Positions 1 to 7,076 of a stretch of DNA of 37,748 nt are shown here, one piece after another; the first letter of the stretch is position 1; the number at the start of each line of letters is the position of its first letter. The notes under the pieces were generated by a model. The model worked only from the letters and a program-made list of their open reading frames with translations. It did no database searches and was not told the DNA's origin. Source of the DNA: a virus (Duplodnaviria > Caudoviricetes). The stretch spans positions 1 through 37,748 of the IMG/VR virus record IMGVR_UViG_3300048856_000112; one strand, given 5' to 3'. Made by a program: the position numbers and the translations under genes.

Positions 1-1098
1 TCACGCCCGCCGTCTGCTGGCAAGCCCCTGCATTCCCCATGCCTTCCGAACTGCACCTGCCATGCCGTCGTGGGGCAGCTTGGCGTAACGCTCCACAAGG
101 GTCACGCTGGACCAGTCGCCGTCGTCCCGCAGCTTCATCAGGTCGCGGTGCAGGGCGTAGTGCCAGGTAGCCCAGGTATGCCGCAGGATATGCGGGGTCA
201 CATCGGCGCCCAGGCCGGCCCGCAGCCGGGCAGATCGCCACGCGCTCTTGACCTGGCCGCCGCCGTGCACCCGGTCGGCATATGCCACGCCATGGTCTGT
301 GCGGAACACCGAACCTTCGCGCTCGGCCACCTGCTCATGTCGGGGGCGACGCTCGCCCGGCTCCAGCGGCAGGGCCCGGCGATAGGTCATGGCGGACAGC
401 GTGGCGACGGCGGCCGGCGGCAGGGCGGCCAGCCGATCCCGCCCGTTCTTCGTCTCCCGCAGCAGTGCCGTGCCGCGCTCAAGGTCCACGTCCGACCAGT
501 CGAGGGACAACGCCTCGCCCAGCCGGGCCCCGGTGCAGACCAGGAACACCGCCAGCGGCCGCAAGTGGTCCGGCATCGCCGAGCGGAGAGCGTCGTATTC
601 CGCCGGGGTCAGCCAGCGGGTGCGCTTGATGCCGCCGGCGCCCTTCGGCGTCTCGAAGGCCGGCGGCTTGCACCAGCCGCGCCGGGCCGCATGGTTCAGC
701 ACGGCCTTCAGCGGGACCAGTACATTGCGTTGCTTCGTGGCGGGCGAGGCGTCCGGCTTGCATAGGATGCGGATGGCCTGGTCTACCGCCGATTGGCCAA
801 TGTCCTTCAGCAGCTTCTTGTCGAAGGCCCGGTTCAGCCGCTCCAGCAAGGCCAGGGTTCCCGGGCTGGCCTCGTTGACCTCCAGATAGGAGGCCATGGC
901 CTCGCCCCAGGTTACGACCGCCTCGGGGCCAAAAACGGAAGCACGGTGCTGTGCCTCGGTTTCTTGGGCGAGGACCACCTCTGCCTGGCGGCGGTCAGTG
1001 CGGCCTGTGCTTTTGCGGATCCGCCGTCCATCGACAGTTCCGGTGATCCACCAGAATGCCGAGCCTTCGCGGCGGGAGAGCTTGAGGCTGATGGGCAT
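1..1098 (-). CDS. int: Phage integrase, tyrosine recombinase
   Basis: Catalytic motifs TGARLGEAL (R), ETKNG (K), HILRHTWAT (HxxR) and VERYAK (Y); N-terminal arm-binding-like region (WWITGTVDGRRIRKSTG); sits at the prophage end. Confidence 0.96.
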   Translation of the reverse strand: MPISLKLSRREGSAFWWITGTVDGRRIRKSTGRTDRRQAEVVLAQETEAQHRASVFGPEAVVTWGEAMASYLEVNEASPGTLALLERLNRAFDKKLLKDIGQSAVDQAIRILCKPDASPATKQRNVLVPLKAVLNHAARRGWCKPPAFETPKGAGGIKRTRWLTPAEYDALRSAMPDHLRPLAVFLVCTGARLGEALSLDWSDVDLERGTALLRETKNGRDRLAALPPAAVATLSAMTYRRALPLEPGERRPRHEQVAEREGSVFRTDHGVAYADRVHGGGQVKSAWRSARLRAGLGADVTPHILRHTWATWHYALHRDLMKLRDDGDWSSVTLVERYAKLPHDGMAGAVRKAWGMQGLASRRRA

Positions 1099-1262
1099 CG
1101 GAGGGCTTCCGTCAGGGCCTGAAAGGCCAGGGTATCGTATCGAACAAGGCGGCCGGCGCGCAGCACCGGCACATGATGGCGGGCTTCCAGGGTCTGGACG
1201 TGCCGCACGGAGATGCCCAGGCGATCGGCCACCTGCTGGCGGGTGAGGGCGGCCTCAGCCAT
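912..1262 (-). CDS. xis: Excisionase-like HTH protein (HTH_17/AlpA type)
   Basis: MAEAALTRQQVADRLGISVRHVQTL...VLRAGRLVRYD is a winged-HTH excisionase pattern. The ATG at 1262 overlaps the upstream TGA (ATGGCTGA). The 3' end overlaps int by 187 bp. Confidence 0.75.
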   Translation of the reverse strand: MAEAALTRQQVADRLGISVRHVQTLEARHHVPVLRAGRLVRYDTLAFQALTEALRCPSASSSPAAKARHSGGSPELSMDGGSAKAQAALTAARQRWSSPKKPRHSTVLPFLAPRRS

Positions 1263-1443
1263 GGCGCGGCTCCTCCTGATCGGGATGCTGCCCGCGCTGC
1301 GCCGCCAGGACATAGGGTCGCCGCCGCCAAGCGGGCGCCCGGCTCCATGCCGGCATCGGCCACCCCGGCGCTTCGGCGCGCAACTGCTCGCAGTTTCGGT
1401 TCCAATGCTGCCGGGCGAGGGCGGCCGTTTGCTGGCTAACCAT
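1255..1443 (-). CDS. Small hypothetical protein (MVSQQTAALARQHW...); the frame is open upstream to an ATG at 1833
   Basis: Stop is coupled to the xis start and AAAGG lies upstream of ATG 1443. The true start is ambiguous (1443 or 1833). Confidence 0.5.
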   Translation of the reverse strand: MVSQQTAALARQHWNRNCEQLRAEAPGWPMPAWSRAPAWRRRPYVLAAQRGQHPDQEEPRHG

Positions 1444-1504
1444 GGGCACGGCCTTTGATGCCCTGAAGCCTTCTGCTACAAGTACGGCAAAAGCAGGAGG
1501 CAAA

Positions 1505-1798
1505 ATGCGCGTTATAAGTTTTATGGGTGCCGTCGCCATGGCGCTCATCAATTTGGTTGCTGCGGCGGCTGCCATAGCGCTTGCGGCTCCGGGGCGGAGC
1601 TTCGGCCAGTACAATCCTGATTGGAATCCTGCGCTCGTTGCTGTTGCACTTACCTGTGTCAGCGCTGCGGTTATCCTCGTTGGCCTCGCCGCGCATTTGC
1701 GTGAGCTTGCCCGGCAGACTGATGCCGCTGAAGCCTCTGCCTCTCGGCTGGCGGACGTTCGCGACCATCTGAAAGGTGTGTCGCCTCGGACTTGGTAG
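1505..1798 (+). CDS. Counter-oriented two-TM membrane protein (moron-like)
   Basis: AGGAGG at 1495-1500 before ATG 1505; two hydrophobic helices (VISFMGAVAMALINLVAAAAAIALAA and ALVAVALTCVSAAVILVGLAA); visibly more AT-rich than the flanks. Confidence 0.7.
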   Translation: MRVISFMGAVAMALINLVAAAAAIALAAPGRSFGQYNPDWNPALVAVALTCVSAAVILVGLAAHLRELARQTDAAEASASRLADVRDHLKGVSPRTW

Positions 1799-1825
1799 CC
1801 TGTGCGGTGTTCCCGCCCTTCGCCG

Positions 1826-2032
1826 TCAGCCATCTTCCTTCCCCCCTTTCTCCATCTGCTTGACGTACAGGCTGTATCGAATGACGCGCTCGGCCATGCC
1901 GTAGCATTCGAGAAGCCGTTCCACGCAGATCCAGGCGAACATGGCTGCGGCCGTGATGCCGCCGACGATCAAGGCGCCGTACCCGATGCAGTAGGCCAGG
2001 GCATTGAGGACAGCATGGATCGAGCCCATCAC
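1826..2032 (-). CDS. Small membrane protein
   Basis: Hydrophobic stretch ALAYCIGYGALIVGGITAAAMFAWICV; overlapping start/stop with neighbouring ORFs. Confidence 0.65.
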   Translation of the reverse strand: MMGSIHAVLNALAYCIGYGALIVGGITAAAMFAWICVERLLECYGMAERVIRYSLYVKQMEKGGKEDG

Positions 2033-2220
2033 CGCCGCTCCTTTCCAGTGCTGAGAGCGGCGAAAGCTGCCGCATATGCCGCACGCTTCCCTTCAGGCCA
2101 TGACGCGATATCCGCCTTGGCCGCGGCGATGGCCTCTCGCTCTTCGTATGCCGAACGCCGCATCGCCCCCTGCCAGCAGGTGCTGGCGCAGGAGCAATCG
2201 GGATAAAGGCTGCAGGTCAC
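2029..2220 (-). CDS. Small Cys-rich hypothetical protein (CSLYPDCSCASTC)
   Basis: 4-bp overlaps with both neighbours; four Cys at the N-terminus suggest possible metal binding. Confidence 0.55.
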   Translation of the reverse strand: MTCSLYPDCSCASTCWQGAMRRSAYEEREAIAAAKADIASWPEGKRAAYAAAFAALSTGKERR

Positions 2221-2738
2221 TGGCGCCCCCGTGCCACAGCGAGGCCGGCGGCCCCGATCAGGAACAGCGCCAGGCTCCAGGGCTCCGGCACCGGCTGGGG
2301 TGGCTGGTCAAAGCCAGCGGACGGCTGGCCGGGCGTAAGGCCCGGTGAAGGGGACCAGCCGGAACCGGGCTTCATGCTTTCCGCCTCCGTCGCAAAGATC
2401 GAGGGCGGGTTGTCGAGGATATCCGCGCGCAGTGCCGACATCAGAGCACGGAGGGGAGCCCCATGGTCGGCCGTCGCGTCGAAAGGGCCGGCGGGCGATA
2501 CCACCTCCTGTGCCGCCGTCTCGCTACCGAGGCCCCATGCCGGCGCATAGACCGGCAGCCAAACCAGCGAGGCGACACAGACCAGGGCGCCAGCAGCGCC
2601 GGCCGTCTTCATGACGATGGCCGGCACAAAGCCTGTCAGGACCTTGGGCACCGCGACAGTGGCGACGGCGCCGCCGCCGGATGTTGCCGCGGACTTTCGG
2701 GGTGCTAGGCGGAAGCACCTCATGATGGTGCGGATCAT
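2217..2738 (-). CDS. PEP-CTERM sorting-domain protein
   Basis: C-terminus VPEPWSLALFLIGAAGLAVARGRQ = VPEP motif + TM helix + basic tail; Pro/Ser/Gly-rich linker; N-proximal hydrophobic segment ending APAWG. Confidence 0.85.
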   Translation of the reverse strand: MIRTIMRCFRLAPRKSAATSGGGAVATVAVPKVLTGFVPAIVMKTAGAAGALVCVASLVWLPVYAPAWGLGSETAAQEVVSPAGPFDATADHGAPLRALMSALRADILDNPPSIFATEAESMKPGSGWSPSPGLTPGQPSAGFDQPPQPVPEPWSLALFLIGAAGLAVARGRQ

Positions 2739-3118
2739 GCCGGGATCTCCCCAACGCTGAAGACGGGTGCGGTGAAGATCTCCACCAGGCGCGATGCGCA
2801 GGTGACCGCGCGCCGCGAGTGCAGCACTGCATCGGCGTCGCGGCCGTGGTGGTTGAGGGCGAAGAGCCCTGCCAGCGCGCAGGCGCGGGTCAGCTCCTCG
2901 GCGACCCGTGCCCGGTGGCTCTCGTCCTCGGCGGCGATCAGCACGACCATAGAGGCGGGGCCGCGCGGCAGAGTGCGGCGCACGGGGTGCGGCCAGCCGC
3001 CGCGCGCCAGGGCGACGCGCAGCAGTCCTTCCGGCCGGATGCGGTGGCCTTGGCTGGTGGTGACCTGATCACGGTGGCAGGCGAAGGCCACCTGCAGAGC
3101 CGGTGTGGCTTTCAGCAT
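2735..3118 (-). CDS. Hypothetical protein
   Basis: GAGGA upstream; sits tightly between parB and the PEP-CTERM gene (ATGA overlap). Confidence 0.65.
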   Translation of the reverse strand: MLKATPALQVAFACHRDQVTTSQGHRIRPEGLLRVALARGGWPHPVRRTLPRGPASMVVLIAAEDESHRARVAEELTRACALAGLFALNHHGRDADAVLHSRRAVTCASRLVEIFTAPVFSVGEIPA

Positions 3119-3120
3119 GC

Positions 3121-4809
3121 TCAGTCCTCCTCGGTCTGGGGGAAGGGAAGGGCCTGCGGGCCGCCTTCCCTCCAGGCGGCTTCGGGCAGCGCCATGAAGG
3201 GCGAGGAGCCGGCGAGCTGGTCACGGATAGCCTTGGCACTGCCAGTGCTGGGGAGGCCTCGCCGGAAGGCGGCCTGCCGCAGTGCCTCGTGCGACAGCGT
3301 GGCCAGGAAGTCCTGGGTATCCAGGCGGGGCATCTCGTCTTGCGGATCGAGCCGGCGGCCGATCCAGTCGGCGGCAATGCCGCTGCTGGTCCCGCTCTTC
3401 ACCGGCCCTACCACCACGATGCGCGCGATGGCTTCGGCCGCGAGGCGGCGCAGCAGGCCCTTCTCCAACTCCCGCTGCGCGCCGGCTTCATCCAGGAGGG
3501 CAGAAGCCAGATCCTCGAAGTCGGTGCTGAGGCGGTAGCCGTGGGGCGAGCGGCTCTCGCCCGTGACCTGCACGTTGTTGCCACACAGCGCCAGCAGCAG
3601 CAGCTCCAGCAGCTCGGACTCCGGCATCTCCTCGGCGCGATTGCGCAGCGCGCTGCGGATGGCCTGGGTCTTGAACTCCGCCAGCATCTCCAGGCCCTTC
3701 TGGGTGACCGGGCCACGCGAGCTGCTGGGCTGGGTGTCCTCCTGGGCGGGCGCGCTGCCTGCCGCGCCACTCGGCGCGGCGTTCTTCGCTTCGGGCTTCG
3801 GCTTCGGCGCTGCCTGGCGCTGCCGCACGGCTCCGATGTCGTAGCCGCTGGGGACGATTGCCTTGAAGGTGACCAGCCCCTTCGGCTTCGGGCCGAAACT
3901 GTACGGCTCCCACCCCTTCGGGATGGCTGGCTGGTTCTGGCCCGGCGACCAGTCCGCTACCTGCACCTTGCCCTTCGAGGCGGCGGCCTCGGCGGCGAGC
4001 GCCGCCTCCTGCGCCTTCATGAAGCCTTTGGCATCGGTGGTGGTGAACTGATCGTCGCTGCCCGGCTCGGCGAAGAGATCTTCCTCAAAGGTGACGCCAT
4101 GATCGGCGGGCTTGAAGATGGCGCGGCTGAGGGGAATGCGCTGGCGCTCGCAAGCCAGCACCAGGTCATGCCAGGACAGCTCCGCCGCCTTGCCCTTGCC
4201 TCGCCAGCAAGCCTTCGCTTTCAGCGCCGCCGCCTGCACCTTGGCTGGCGCGCGAGCGACGGCGGCAAGCTGGTAGTCCGATGGCCTGCCGTGGATGCGG
4301 ATCTGCTCCAGGATGTCCGGGTGCAGCTGGCCCAACAGGCTCAGCCGCCGCGCCTTCCGCTCCTCCAGGCCCAGCATGTGCGCCGCGTCGGCAAGGCTGT
4401 AGCCGCGCTCCTGGAGTGCCCGGATGGCTTCCCATTGATCAACGGGCGCCAGGGGCGCCCTGACGATGTTGGTGGCCGCCTGTGCCGCCATTTGCTCGGC
4501 GTCACTGGCCGCCCGGACGATCACGGGCACATGGGTCAGGCCCAGCTCTATGGCGAACGCGCGTCGGCGGTGGCCGTCCATCACCTCCCAGCCGACGCCG
4601 GACGGCAGCGGGCGCACGAGGAGCGGCTGATAGAACCCGGACGTAGCGATGCTCTCCCGCATGCTGCGGTCAGCCTCCGCGCCGGCAGGGGTGCGGCGCA
4701 GGTTGTCCGGAGAGGCATGCACCTGGCTCAGCGGAGCCAGCAGGCCGCGCGGGGCGGCCATGTCGGATTCCAGGTCCACCTGGCGGGGACTGCTGATCGT
4801 GTCGGCCAT
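3121..4809 (-). CDS. parB: ParB/RepB/Spo0J family protein
   Basis: N-terminal ParB domain (PDNLRR, SIATSGFYQPLLVRP, VMDGHRRR, ATNIVRAPL) followed by an HTH (GYSLADAAHMLGL) and a long C-terminal region. Confidence 0.9.
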   Translation of the reverse strand: MADTISSPRQVDLESDMAAPRGLLAPLSQVHASPDNLRRTPAGAEADRSMRESIATSGFYQPLLVRPLPSGVGWEVMDGHRRRAFAIELGLTHVPVIVRAASDAEQMAAQAATNIVRAPLAPVDQWEAIRALQERGYSLADAAHMLGLEERKARRLSLLGQLHPDILEQIRIHGRPSDYQLAAVARAPAKVQAAALKAKACWRGKGKAAELSWHDLVLACERQRIPLSRAIFKPADHGVTFEEDLFAEPGSDDQFTTTDAKGFMKAQEAALAAEAAASKGKVQVADWSPGQNQPAIPKGWEPYSFGPKPKGLVTFKAIVPSGYDIGAVRQRQAAPKPKPEAKNAAPSGAAGSAPAQEDTQPSSSRGPVTQKGLEMLAEFKTQAIRSALRNRAEEMPESELLELLLLALCGNNVQVTGESRSPHGYRLSTDFEDLASALLDEAGAQRELEKGLLRRLAAEAIARIVVVGPVKSGTSSGIAADWIGRRLDPQDEMPRLDTQDFLATLSHEALRQAAFRRGLPSTGSAKAIRDQLAGSSPFMALPEAAWREGGPQALPFPQTEED

Positions 4810-5567
4810 TAGGCCCGCCCCCCGGCGCCACGGGCGGCTTTCGCCTCCTCTGCCATCCGGACAAGCTGAGATTTCGGCAGGCCGGTCTCCTCAGCGACCG
4901 AGACGACCGACATGCCGGCGGCCAGCAGGTTGCGGGCCTCTTCCAGGTTGTCGGCCGGGGTGATCGGGGCGCGCTGGCCAGGGCCAGCGGGCTTCGCTGT
5001 GGCGACGGCCGGCGGCGGCGCCTTGCCGCCCTGGGTCGCGCTGCTGGCGCCGCGATACTCGCGCGGCACTGGCAAGCCGTGGACCTGTGCCCAGCTGTAG
5101 AGCAGGGCGCAGCCCCGGATCGGCGGCCCCTCCAGCTGGCGGAGCTGGTCATAGATCTCCTGAATGGACAGCTCGGCATTCGGCCAGAGCTTCTTCAGCA
5201 GCTCGATGCGCTCCGGGGTCGCCGTGACGCGCGCGGGCGGCGTCGGAGCCGCCTCAATGGGGTGGCTCTCCTCAGCGCGCGTCACCACCACAGGCGGGCG
5301 GTAGTTCGGAGGCGGGAAGGCTGTTGCCGGCGCGGGATCGGGGGTCTGTTCCGGCGGGGCGGACACAGGCGCGGGCTGCTCCGCGATCTGTGCCGTGCGT
5401 GTCAGTGCCTGGTTCTTCCAGTGCTCGCGATCCAGCGCCATGAGCAGCAGATCGCGAGTGGTCAGCACCACCGCATCGGGCACGTGGACGCACTCGCGGA
5501 TGACGGCGGCCAGTTGGGCGTAGTTGACCCAAAGCCGATCGGCGTTGGCCCTGTCTTCGGGCTGCAT
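4809..5567 (-). CDS. DNA-binding protein with a GcrA-like HTH and a C-terminal HTH
   Basis: TPERIELLKKLWPNAELSIQEI...HGL resembles the GcrA N-terminus (WTDERVELLKKLW.EGLSASQIA...HRLGL); C-terminal ARNLLAAGMSVVSVAEETGL is HTH-like. Confidence 0.6.
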   Translation of the reverse strand: MQPEDRANADRLWVNYAQLAAVIRECVHVPDAVVLTTRDLLLMALDREHWKNQALTRTAQIAEQPAPVSAPPEQTPDPAPATAFPPPNYRPPVVVTRAEESHPIEAAPTPPARVTATPERIELLKKLWPNAELSIQEIYDQLRQLEGPPIRGCALLYSWAQVHGLPVPREYRGASSATQGGKAPPPAVATAKPAGPGQRAPITPADNLEEARNLLAAGMSVVSVAEETGLPKSQLVRMAEEAKAARGAGGRA

Positions 5568-5591
5568 GGAAGTCCTCCCGGGGATGAGGAA

Positions 5592-5681
5592 TCAGGGAAG
5601 CCAGCCGCAGGCCCACATCCCCAGGGGAAGGCCGATGGCGATGGTGATGACGACTAGGGTGTCGAGGAGGAGGCCGCGCAT
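5592..5681 (-). CDS. 29-aa single-TM microprotein (MRGLLLDTLVVITIAIGLPLGMWACGWLP)
   Basis: Read by hand, below the ORF-track cutoff; fills the operon gap, G-rich RBS-like sequence upstream, fully hydrophobic core. Confidence 0.5.
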   Translation of the reverse strand: MRGLLLDTLVVITIAIGLPLGMWACGWLP

Positions 5682-5718
5682 CAGCAGTGCCCCCACCCGG
5701 ACTGCGGCGCAGTCGTGG

Positions 5719-5913
5719 CTAGAAGGCGAGCCAATAGGAGACCGCGATCACGGTGCTCATGAGCAGCACAGCGAGGGAGATCCCGCGCGCCGCAGACAGC
5801 GGATCGTCCGCCATCTCGTCGTGCAGCGCGCGGATCTCGGCGGCGCTGGGCGCCACCCCGATGGTGGTCTGGCGCTCCAGGATCAAGCCGCCAGCGTTCT
5901 GAATGGTGCGCAT
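5719..5913 (-). CDS. Small protein with C-terminal TM helix
   Basis: GAGGA upstream; DDPLSAARGISLAVLLMSTVIAVSYWLAF tail anchor. Confidence 0.65.
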   Translation of the reverse strand: MRTIQNAGGLILERQTTIGVAPSAAEIRALHDEMADDPLSAARGISLAVLLMSTVIAVSYWLAF

Positions 5914-5964
5914 TGGTGCGTGTCCTCATCTGCAAGTTTGGCGATGTATCGGAGCCGGAGCGCG

Positions 5965-6066
5965 TCAGCTGACGCCGACCCAGTAGATCCAGCTGCTGAC
6001 AGACGCGGCGAAGGCCGCCACGAAGAGCGCGCCTTCCAGGAAGGCCGAGGTGCGGGCGGCGTTCAT
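5965..6066 (-). CDS. 33-aa single-TM microprotein (MNAARTSAFLEGALFVAAFAASVSSWIYWVGVS)
   Basis: Read by hand; ATGA overlap with the MarR stop and GGAG upstream; hydrophobic. Confidence 0.55.
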   Translation of the reverse strand: MNAARTSAFLEGALFVAAFAASVSSWIYWVGVS

Positions 6067-6470
6067 GCGGCGCGCTCCATGCTGCAGGCGCCATAGGCGA
6101 CCGCGAGCAGGGCGACGCCTGCGGGGGTTGCCTCGGCCAGCACCGAACGGCCGTCTGTCGGGTGTGGCAGACGCTGGGCCAGCCCTTCCGCCGCGAGACG
6201 GTCCAGCGCGCGGGTGATCACTGGTTTCTGCAGCCGGAGTTCGGCGGCCAGGCCCTTCACCGTGTGCGGAGCGGGGCGCTCGCGCAGGGTGAGCAGCACG
6301 GCCAGTTGCCGCACCGACAGGTCGCGACCGTCTGCGGCGATCAGGGCCAGCAGGCTCGGGCGCAACTGGTCGGCGCCGACTGGTGGCGGCTTGGGCGCAG
6401 CGGAAGGCGCTGAGGGTGCCTCGCGGCGCAGGGTCTGGTGCGCGGTGCTAAGTGATGTGAGCTGTTGCAT
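6063..6470 (-). CDS. MarR-family winged-helix regulator
   Basis: DLSVRQLAVLLTL...HTVKGLAAELRLQKPVITRALDRL...DGRSVL; GGAGG RBS before ATG 6470; first gene of the leftward operon. Confidence 0.88.
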   Translation of the reverse strand: MQQLTSLSTAHQTLRREAPSAPSAAPKPPPVGADQLRPSLLALIAADGRDLSVRQLAVLLTLRERPAPHTVKGLAAELRLQKPVITRALDRLAAEGLAQRLPHPTDGRSVLAEATPAGVALLAVAYGACSMERAA

Positions 6471-6551
6471 GTTGCCTCCGAAGGGTCTGGAGGCGCTAAG
6501 TAACACTTAGCATGGCAGGCAGATCAAGAGATTTGTTCAGTGTTGCTTAGC
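6447..6551. promoter_or_regulatory. Leftward operators (OL-like) and candidate pL
   Basis: GCTAAGTAACACTTAGC (6495-6511, palindromic), GTTCAGTGTTGCTTAGC (6535-6551) and GCTAAGTGATGTGAGC (6447-6462); minus-strand TTGATC -35-like hexamer near 6523-6528. Confidence 0.75.
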
Positions 6552-6643
6552 ATGCTGGCGCGCGCGATCGCCGCGCGCGGGCAAGCCCCGCCGCCCGAGA
6601 TCGCCAAAAAGGGGATCTCGCGCAACGAAATTTAGCGCTTGAT

Positions 6644-6658
6644 GTTCACATTCTGTTC
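6644..6658 (+). promoter_or_regulatory. Alphaproteobacterial LexA (SOS) box overlapping a rightward promoter
   Basis: GTTC-ACATTCT-GTTC is an exact GTTC-N7-GTTC. It overlaps TTGATG (-35-like, 6639-6644), and a degenerate GAAC-N7-GAGG box lies at 6671-6685. Confidence 0.8.
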
Positions 6659-6690
6659 TGTTCTAGATGAGAACGTAACAGGAGGGCGGG

Positions 6691-6966
6691 ATGAGTGACA
6701 GGCGGAAGCTATATGAGTTCCCGCGCCGGCTCAGGATCGTCCCCATCACCTTCAGCGCCGAGGCCTGCGCTGCGCAGCATTTTCAGCATGAAGCGCCGTT
6801 CGGTCGGCTGGAGCCGCCGCCACAGGGTCAAAAGCGCAATCTCGTCAGGATCTTCGACTATCTGGCCGTAGTAGGGCGACCCCGGCGCCAGGAACGACTG
6901 GGCGCTGATGCCGAACACGGCGCAGATATCGATCAGCCGGGCCAGCGAGGGGCGTGTGGTCTTTAG
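6691..6966 (+). CDS. SOS-box-controlled ORF nested antisense in the repressor gene (candidate antirepressor or antisense transcript)
   Basis: AGGAGG (6680-6685) 5 nt before the ATG; LexA box directly upstream; 258 of its 276 bp overlap cI on the opposite strand. Confidence 0.5.
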   Translation: MSDRRKLYEFPRRLRIVPITFSAEACAAQHFQHEAPFGRLEPPPQGQKRNLVRIFDYLAVVGRPRRQERLGADAEHGADIDQPGQRGACGL

Positions 6967-7074
6967 TTCCCACTGGGCAATCGCGCTCCCTGAGATCCCC
7001 AGCGCCTTCGCCAGGGCGCGTTGGGACCACCCTCGCTTCGTGCGTTCGGTACGGATCAGGTCGCCAATTTCCAT
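6709..7074 (-). CDS. cI: XRE-family CI-like prophage repressor without an S24 peptidase domain
   Basis: IGDLIRTERTKRGWSQRALAKALGISGSAIAQWE...PSLARL is an HTH_3 pattern; short C-terminal DEIALLTLWRRLQPTERRFML domain; divergent from cro. Confidence 0.88.
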   Translation of the reverse strand: MEIGDLIRTERTKRGWSQRALAKALGISGSAIAQWELKTTRPSLARLIDICAVFGISAQSFLAPGSPYYGQIVEDPDEIALLTLWRRLQPTERRFMLKMLRSAGLGAEGDGDDPEPARELI

Positions 7075-7076
7075 GC

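Noticed and set aside
3103-4812. 569-aa + strand ORF opposite parB
   Set aside because: Antisense shadow typical of high-GC codon bias; no RBS or motifs, while the minus strand has clear ParB motifs.
6556-6620. GC-rich hairpins downstream of cI (e.g. CGAGATC..GATCTCG, 6596-6620) as a terminator
   Set aside because: No U-tract follows the stem on either strand, so function cannot be supported.
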